A DNA stretch of 64,000 nt from Hungatella sp. Its GTDB lineage: Bacteria; Bacillota; Clostridia; Lachnospirales; Lachnospiraceae. The notes under the pieces were generated by a model. That model did not search any database and was not told the DNA's origin. It worked only from the letters and a program-made list of their open reading frames with translations. The position numbers were made by a program, and so were the translations under genes. Shown here in pieces: positions 58,228-64,000 of this stretch. The first letter of the stretch is position 1. Each line of letters opens with the position of its first letter. The stretch is taken from positions 167,276 through 231,275 of the forward strand of contig WASS01000029.1 of the NCBI GenBank assembly GCA_009712635.1, given 5' to 3'.

Positions 58228-58929
58228 ATGAAAAAGAACAGAACAATCCTTATTGTGGATGATGAAGAAAAAATAGTGGAGGTATTGAAGGCGTATTTAG
58301 AGAAAGCGGAATATGAAATCCTTTGTGCTTATGATGGAGCAACGGCTATACAGCTGTTTCGGGAGAATGACGTATCCCTGATGCTATTGGATTTAATGCT
58401 GCCGGATATGATGGGAGAAGATGTGTGTCATATGATCCGCCTTCACTCCCGGGTGCCGATTATCATGCTGACAGCAAAAACAGAGGAAAAAGATTTAATT
58501 AATGGACTTAAGATGGGGGCAGATGATTATATATTTAAACCGTTCAGTCCAAGAACAGTAGTAGCTAAGGTGGAAGCAGTCCTAAGAAGAGTTGAAAGCG
58601 ATCAGTTAACTGGAGTGCCTGTGTCATTTCACCAGGGAGAACTGGTCATTGATTTTAAAAATGGAGATGTAAGGGTCAGGGGGGAAGATGCAGGTCTGAC
58701 GCCTACCGAGTATAAGATTCTGATTACCCTGGCAAAAGCCCCCAACCGGATTTTCACAAGAGAGCAGCTGATTATGTACGCCCTTGATAATAATTTTGAT
58801 GGTTATGACAGAAGTATCGATACTTATATAAAAAGCATTCGCACAAAGATTGAGCATGACAGGAAAAAGCCGGTTTATATTCTCACGGTTCACGGGATGG
58901 GATATAAGTTTGCCGGAGAAAAGCCATGA
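58228..58929 (+). CDS. OmpR-family response regulator
   Basis: I trimmed the start to MKKNRTILIVDDEEK after AAGGGAGG. A receiver domain is followed by a winged-helix domain. Confidence 0.85.
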   Translation: MKKNRTILIVDDEEKIVEVLKAYLEKAEYEILCAYDGATAIQLFRENDVSLMLLDLMLPDMMGEDVCHMIRLHSRVPIIMLTAKTEEKDLINGLKMGADDYIFKPFSPRTVVAKVEAVLRRVESDQLTGVPVSFHQGELVIDFKNGDVRVRGEDAGLTPTEYKILITLAKAPNRIFTREQLIMYALDNNFDGYDRSIDTYIKSIRTKIEHDRKKPVYILTVHGMGYKFAGEKP

Positions 58930-60317
58930 AAAGAACGTTAAAGAACACGCTGATTCTATCCTATTCAGCTCTGGCATTGCTGATCGTTTTCGGATTGAGT
59001 TTTTTGTTTAATCTGACAGCAGACAATATATTTGAACAGTATGCAAAGAAGCAGCATAAAAACCAGATTCAGCAGATTATTTCACAAATCGATCAGCTTT
59101 ATCTTCCTGCTTCCGCAACCTATGATCTGGAAGGTCTTAAAATAATCGGTTATGCTACGCTGCAGAACGGAATCCTGATTCATGTACAGACTATTAACAA
59201 AGAAATCGATTGGGATATAAAAAACCATAGAAGACAGGAATGCAATATGGTACTCAGCCATGCAAAAGATCTGATGCAAAGCAGGTATCCCAATTTTAAC
59301 GGAAGTTACCTGGAAGAAACTTATCCTCTAACATATGAAGGTACAAAAACAGGTACTCTGAAAATAGGCTACTATGGTCCCTATTCCCTCAGTGATGATG
59401 AGCTGGATTTGCTGAAGAGCTTAAACCATTCCCTTGTATTGATCGGCTGTGCAGCTCTTTTTATTGTCATTGTCCTGGGATTTTTAATAGCCCGGTCGGT
59501 GTCAGAACCAATTACCAGCGTCATTGATGTGGCTCAGAGAATTGCAGGGGGAGAGTACGGTGCTCTGATAGAAAAAAAATCTCCGGTGCAGGAAACAAGC
59601 AGGATGATTGAATCCATTAATGAAATGTCACTGGCTCTGAAACTGGAAGAAAAACAGAAGAGCCAGATCACTTCCGATGTGGCCCATGAACTAAGAACAC
59701 CCTTAGCCAACTTACAAAGTCATATGGAAGCCATGATAGACGGTGTATGGGATCCGACGACGGACCGGCTGGAGAGCTGCCATGGAGAAATTCTGCGTCT
59801 GGTAGGGATTGTTGAGCAGTTAAAGGAATTGTATGATTTAGAAAACAGAAATCAGGCTCTGGATCAGTCGGAGTTTGAATTCGGGGATTTATGCAGGGCG
59901 GTATTTCGGGATTTTGAGATAACTGCAAAAGAGAAAGAGATCAGTCTGATTCGGATTCTTCCAGACAAAGCTCCGGTTTATGGAGATTATTACCGTTTAA
60001 AACAATGTATGGTAAATCTTATATCCAACGCACTGACCTATACCAGTCAGGGTGGAGAAATTACAGTAGAATACCAGAATCGGGGAAGTGAGGTCCGGAT
60101 TATGGTATCCGACAACGGAATTGGAATACCCGGGGAAGAACTGCCTTATTTATTCGACCGGTTTTACCGGGTTGATAAGTCAAGAAGCAAGAAAACTGGG
60201 GGTATGGGAATCGGACTGTCCATTACAAGGGCAATTGTTGAAAATCATGGAGGAACGATAGAAGCAGCAAACCGGTCAGAAAAAGGGGCTGTATTTACAA
60301 TGATACTGCCCCGTTAA
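58926..60317 (+). CDS. sensor histidine kinase (HAMP-HisKA-HATPase)
   Basis: It has 2 TM segments, an H-box (VAHELRTPL) and a G-box. It overlaps the RR gene by 4 nt. Confidence 0.85.
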   Translation: MKRTLKNTLILSYSALALLIVFGLSFLFNLTADNIFEQYAKKQHKNQIQQIISQIDQLYLPASATYDLEGLKIIGYATLQNGILIHVQTINKEIDWDIKNHRRQECNMVLSHAKDLMQSRYPNFNGSYLEETYPLTYEGTKTGTLKIGYYGPYSLSDDELDLLKSLNHSLVLIGCAALFIVIVLGFLIARSVSEPITSVIDVAQRIAGGEYGALIEKKSPVQETSRMIESINEMSLALKLEEKQKSQITSDVAHELRTPLANLQSHMEAMIDGVWDPTTDRLESCHGEILRLVGIVEQLKELYDLENRNQALDQSEFEFGDLCRAVFRDFEITAKEKEISLIRILPDKAPVYGDYYRLKQCMVNLISNALTYTSQGGEITVEYQNRGSEVRIMVSDNGIGIPGEELPYLFDRFYRVDKSRSKKTGGMGIGLSITRAIVENHGGTIEAANRSEKGAVFTMILPR

Positions 60318-60331
60318 TATTGTGAGAAAAG

Positions 60332-60365
60332 AGCATCGTCAGCAGGCTGCTGACGGTGCTTTTTC
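60332..60365. terminator. intrinsic terminator
   Basis: Stem agcatcgtcagc agg gctgacggtgct, then tttt. Confidence 0.65.
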
Positions 60366-60449
60366 CATCTCCATAAAATCCCCATATTTATATGATAAAT
60401 TGAAAAACGAGTCTGAATATCGCCTATGGTGAAAAAGGAGAGTGTTAAT

Positions 60450-62018
60450 ATGCGCCAAGATGGCGGTAGAGAAAAAAGGAAATACGGTAAACAGAGTAAG
60501 GTAAAAAATGGTAACAGGACACTGCCGGTAATACTTGTGGGATGTATCTTTGCTATGGCAGCTCTTTCAATGACGTTTGCTTTCTATAGAATAGAAAAGC
60601 AAAAAGAGACAGAAGGTCCGGCCGTTTCTCAGGGAAAAGAAATCATCATAGAAACAGAGACAGAAAAGAAGATTCCTGATGATCTGAAAATCGATGGCAT
60701 TTCTCTTACAGGGTTAAACAAAAAAGAATCGAAAGAGAAATTACTGGATCATTATCCATGGGATTTAAAACTGAAGTATAAGGAACAGACAATTGCCTTA
60801 AAAAATCCGCTGTCCGGGCTTATTGATCAGCAGCTGGAGGAAATTTTTTCACAGAATAAAGGCGGTGAATATAATCTGGACCTGACTTCTGCGAAAGAGG
60901 AAGTGGTACTTCAGGTGGAAGATGCCGCCGCTAAGTGGAATAAAAAGCCCCGGAATGCCCAGCTGTCAGGCCGTGATAATAAGAATAACACATGGATCTA
61001 TTCAGAAGGCGAGAGTGGAATCCAGATTGATGAAGAAAAAACAGTTAACAAGATCATGAAGCTGATTACGGAAAAGAGTTTTCAAGGAGAGGTGGAAGCG
61101 GAGACTGAAGTAAAATCTCCAGAATTAACCGTTTCCAAAGCCAAAGAAGCTTATCAGGTAATTGGTACGTTTACCACAGCTGCCACAAGTAATCAAAATA
61201 GAAACAATAATATCCAGCTGGCGGTAAATGCATTAGACGGCCTTATTATTTATCCGGGAGAGGAATTTTCATTTAATAAAACCACTGGAAACCGTACGAT
61301 AGAGCGTGGGTATAAACCGGCAGGAGCTTATAGAAACGGAGAATTTGTGGAAGAACCGGGAGGTGGTGTATGCCAGGTATCCTCTACACTTTACAATGCA
61401 ATCATAGGTTCAGGATTAACTACAACGGAGCGTCACCCTCACAGCTTTGAGCCTTCTTATGTAATTCCTGGAGAAGATGCAATGGTAAGTTATGATGGTT
61501 ATAGCGGACCGGATCTTCGATTTGTTAATAAAGATACCACTTCCATTGCAATACGGGCTGTTTTTAAAGATAAGAAGATAACTATTTCCATAATCGCAAG
61601 ACCGGTTCTGGAAAAAGGAGTTACGGTATCCATGCGCTCTGAGAAGACAAAAGAATATGATCCGCCAGAGCCAAAATACGAGGAAGACCAGACCCTTAAG
61701 TCAGACCAGAATGTGGTAATTACACAAGGGGTTAAGGGAAGTACCTGGAAGACCTATTTAGTTACATCAAAAAGTGGCGGACAGGCGGAAGAAGTCTATC
61801 TTCATACCAGTACTTATAAAGGAAAACCAGGTCTGGTAAAAAGGAATACAACTGGTGTTGTAATTCCGGCGGAAACAAAAGAGACCATCAAAGAGACAGT
61901 TACTGAGGAACCTCCTGTGCCATCACAAGAAACAGAGCAGGAAACGGAAGCGGTCGTAAGTCCTTCCATTGCAGAAACGAAAGAGAGCAAGGCCCAGAAC
62001 CTGGGACCTGGGGCATAA
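60450..62018 (+). CDS. VanW-family protein (TM + PG-binding + VanW + G5 domains)
   Basis: The VanW core is GGGVCQVSSTLYNA, and a G5-like module lies at the C-terminus. I trimmed the start to the ATG at 60450 (AAAGGAGAG + 8 nt). Confidence 0.7.
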   Translation: MRQDGGREKRKYGKQSKVKNGNRTLPVILVGCIFAMAALSMTFAFYRIEKQKETEGPAVSQGKEIIIETETEKKIPDDLKIDGISLTGLNKKESKEKLLDHYPWDLKLKYKEQTIALKNPLSGLIDQQLEEIFSQNKGGEYNLDLTSAKEEVVLQVEDAAAKWNKKPRNAQLSGRDNKNNTWIYSEGESGIQIDEEKTVNKIMKLITEKSFQGEVEAETEVKSPELTVSKAKEAYQVIGTFTTAATSNQNRNNNIQLAVNALDGLIIYPGEEFSFNKTTGNRTIERGYKPAGAYRNGEFVEEPGGGVCQVSSTLYNAIIGSGLTTTERHPHSFEPSYVIPGEDAMVSYDGYSGPDLRFVNKDTTSIAIRAVFKDKKITISIIARPVLEKGVTVSMRSEKTKEYDPPEPKYEEDQTLKSDQNVVITQGVKGSTWKTYLVTSKSGGQAEEVYLHTSTYKGKPGLVKRNTTGVVIPAETKETIKETVTEEPPVPSQETEQETEAVVSPSIAETKESKAQNLGPGA

Positions 62019-62055
62019 TCATACATCGGACAACGGAAAGGATTAAAGATACAGC

Positions 62056-63582
62056 ATGTTGAATATCATAAAAGCACATAAGCAGGCAGTAATTATTCTC
62101 ACTGCAGCTGCATTGCTGGCAGCAGTCTACGCCATATTTATATATAGTCGACCCACAGCAAATTCTCCGACCCAGCAGAAAGAAGCAGCAACTGCTGCAG
62201 ACGAGAGCAGTCCGGTTGTAAAGCTGGAAACAGAAAGTGAACCGGTTTTGCCTGCAACAGAAAGTGAAGCACAGGAAATCCCCATGCCGGATAATTTAAA
62301 AGAGGGTGTGGAACACCAATTTGTAGCAAAATTACAGGAACGTCTGATGGAACTGGGATTTATGGAAAATGATGAACCCACTTTGTTCTACGGACCTGTA
62401 ACGGCGGGTGCCATAAAGACCTATCAAAGGCAGAATAATCTGACTCAGGATGGGGTCGCGGGACAGGAGACACTGGCAGCCCTTTTCTCTGAGGAGGCAA
62501 AATATTATGCAGTGTCTCTGGGAATCTCCGGAGAAGATGTAAAACGAATCCAAAACAGGCTGTATGAGCTGGGGTATCTGACTAAGAAAGAGGAAGTGAA
62601 CGGAGACTTTAATGAGATAACCCAGAAAGCAGTAATGAAGCTTCAGGAGCTGAACCAGCTGTCAATAGACGGAAAGGTAGGGCGGCAGACAATTAATCTG
62701 CTTTACAGCGAAGAGGTAAAGCCCGATTATCTGGCGTACGGAGAGAAGAATGATGTAGTTCTAGACGCTCAGAAACGTTTAAAAAGTCTTGGTTATTTAA
62801 CAACTGTACCTGATGGTAATTATGGGAATGACACGGTTATGGCGGTAAAACAGTTCCAGTCCAGAAATGATCTGGTTGTAGACGGATTTTTAGGTCCTTC
62901 TACAAGAATTGCCTTAGAACAAGGGGAAGCCACGCCCAATGGGATCGTACTGGGAGAACAGGGAGAGAGCGTAAAACGGATTCAGGAGCTTTTAAACAAA
63001 TACGGATATCTGTCTTCTTCCAATGCAACCGGTTATTTTGGAGAGATAACAGAGCAGGCAGTGAAGCGTTTTCAGACGGACAATGGTCTGAAATCTGATG
63101 GATCGGTTGGAGTACAGACGCTTTCCCTGCTGACAGGAGATAAGGGAGTAAAAGCGGGCACGGGCTCCCGCCCCAGTGCAGGAGAGTCAGGTAATGGCGG
63201 CGGAGGCAAAACTGTAAATGGAAATATAAAAGCGTTGATTGATGTTGCGGCATCAAAGGTGGGGTCAAAATATGTATGGGGATCAAAAGGACCAAGCTCC
63301 TTTGACTGTTCCGGCTTTGTTTACTGGAGTCTGAATCAGGTTGGAGTAAGACAGAGCTATCTTACCTCAAGCGGGTGGAAAAGCATGGGAAAATATAAAC
63401 GCATATCCAATTATGACGATATAAAGCCAGGTGATATTGTTGTGGAAAAGGGTCATATGGGTATTGCCGCAGAGGGCGGAAAGGTGATTGATGCCTCCTC
63501 AGGCAACGGGAAAGTAGTTTACCGGCAGCGTTCTGACTGGTGGAGAAACAACTTTATTGTGGCGTGGAGAATATTCGAATAG
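62056..63582 (+). CDS. cell-wall hydrolase: N-terminal TM, five PG_binding_1 repeats, C-terminal NlpC/P60 peptidase
   Basis: It has repeated L..LGY...DG.YG..T..AV..FQ modules. The catalytic Cys lies in SFDCSGFVYW, with a His downstream. Confidence 0.8.
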   Translation: MLNIIKAHKQAVIILTAAALLAAVYAIFIYSRPTANSPTQQKEAATAADESSPVVKLETESEPVLPATESEAQEIPMPDNLKEGVEHQFVAKLQERLMELGFMENDEPTLFYGPVTAGAIKTYQRQNNLTQDGVAGQETLAALFSEEAKYYAVSLGISGEDVKRIQNRLYELGYLTKKEEVNGDFNEITQKAVMKLQELNQLSIDGKVGRQTINLLYSEEVKPDYLAYGEKNDVVLDAQKRLKSLGYLTTVPDGNYGNDTVMAVKQFQSRNDLVVDGFLGPSTRIALEQGEATPNGIVLGEQGESVKRIQELLNKYGYLSSSNATGYFGEITEQAVKRFQTDNGLKSDGSVGVQTLSLLTGDKGVKAGTGSRPSAGESGNGGGGKTVNGNIKALIDVAASKVGSKYVWGSKGPSSFDCSGFVYWSLNQVGVRQSYLTSSGWKSMGKYKRISNYDDIKPGDIVVEKGHMGIAAEGGKVIDASSGNGKVVYRQRSDWWRNNFIVAWRIFE

Positions 63583-63635
63583 GAAAATTATTTATCTTGC
63601 TAAATTCATTCTTTTGTATTATACTATGGTCAAAT

Positions 63636-63723
63636 GGATGGTGATTGCATTCGCAAGCTATACCTGTTTATTATGTTATTGTGGCATTTTTTGCCCATAA
63701 TACATGATAAACAGGTTTTTTTT
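63636..63723 (+). promoter_or_regulatory. RAT-like element/terminator upstream of third bglG; promoter TTGCTA-17-TATACT at 63597-625
   Basis: The hairpin acctgtttat..ataaacaggt is followed by T8. The 5' arm overlaps the RAT-like sequence GATTGCATTCGCAAGCTATACCTG. Confidence 0.4.
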
Positions 63724-63776
63724 CGCCAAAAACAGGAACTTGAGGATTATTATTACATTGGACAGGGGTGAGAAGC

Positions 63777-64000
63777 ATGATCATTTACAAAATTTTTAAT
63801 AACAACGCAGTCGTAATCAGAGATGAAAACGGGGTGGAGAAGGTTGTTATGGGCTGCGGTCTGGCATTTAAAAAGAAGAATGGAGATGAGCTTGATGAAA
63901 GCAAAATCGATAAGATCTTTGTTTTGTCTGATCCCTTAATTAACAACCGGTTTCAGGAGCTGGTTGCCAATATTCCCATCGGTTATGTGGAACTGGGAGA
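63777..64000 (+). CDS. BglG/LicT-family antiterminator, third paralog (5' partial, runs off window)
   Basis: The CAT domain MIIYKIFNNNAVVIRDENGVEKVVMGCGLAFKKK is present. It is not in the ORF track because no stop falls inside the window. Confidence 0.7.
   Translation, partial: MIIYKIFNNNAVVIRDENGVEKVVMGCGLAFKKKNGDELDESKIDKIFVLSDPLINNRFQELVANIPIGYVELG

Overview
This 64-kb window is a single chromosomal segment from a low-GC Gram-positive anaerobe. The evidence for a Clostridia/Lachnospiraceae-like source is the GGAGG-type ribosome-binding sites, hairpin-plus-U-run terminators, BglG/RAT antitermination modules and an AC-N17-CATAnnnTA sigK-like promoter. The window is gene-dense, about 60 CDSs, and accessory in character. 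I found no rRNA, tRNA, CRISPR array or transposase/integrase.

Content in order along the window:
1. A TsaA-like methyltransferase and a MerR-GyrI regulator.
2. A glucuronide/beta-glucoside utilisation island: a GH1 6-phospho-beta-glucosidase, a GH88 unsaturated glucuronyl hydrolase plus a DUF2264 protein behind a RAT element, and bglG - PTS EIIBC - gusA (GH2 beta-glucuronidase) - EIIA, with three RAT/terminator modules.
3. An ars operon, arsR-arsR-acr3-arsD-arsA-arsC, with a textbook sigma-A promoter embedded in a palindrome.
4. Two divergent AraC-GyrI regulators, a nitroreductase, and a small Cys-rich protein made of about sixteen 12-nt (Asn-x-x-x) tandem repeats.
5. A GntR regulator next to a hypB - [large Fe-S / GltD-like flavoprotein fusion] - hypA operon that has no Ni-enzyme nearby.
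6. A redox cluster: flavodoxin-like ferredoxin, ArsR, DUF1697, MBL hydrolase and a ferredoxin-nitroreductase fusion.
7. Two TetR regulators, the second with twin palindromic operators, in front of an RPH-type (rifampin-phosphotransferase family) PEP-utilising enzyme.
8. A flotillin/SPFH protein, a third AraC-GyrI, a DUF2207 membrane protein, a GH43/62-like hydrolase and a GNAT.
9. A fluoride riboswitch controlling a CLC-F type transporter.
10. A complete kdpFABC-DE locus, including a kdpF micro-ORF the ORF track missed, flanked by two near-identical hairpins.
11. A P-loop kinase, a membrane polyferredoxin and a metallophosphoesterase.
12. A two-component system divergent from a secreted Lys/Ala/Thr-rich protein.
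13. A second BglG-EIIA pair.
14. A P2-type cation ATPase with a long terminator-containing leader, DedA, and a CadC-like ArsR.
15. A second two-component system followed by VanW and an NlpC/P60 wall hydrolase.
16. The 5' end of a third bglG at the window edge.

The candidates I consider most novel are the hypB-X-hypA cassette, the PTS-linked beta-glucuronidase regulon with duplicated RAT modules, the Cys/Asn-repeat protein behind a sigK-like promoter, and the structured leader of the P-type ATPase.
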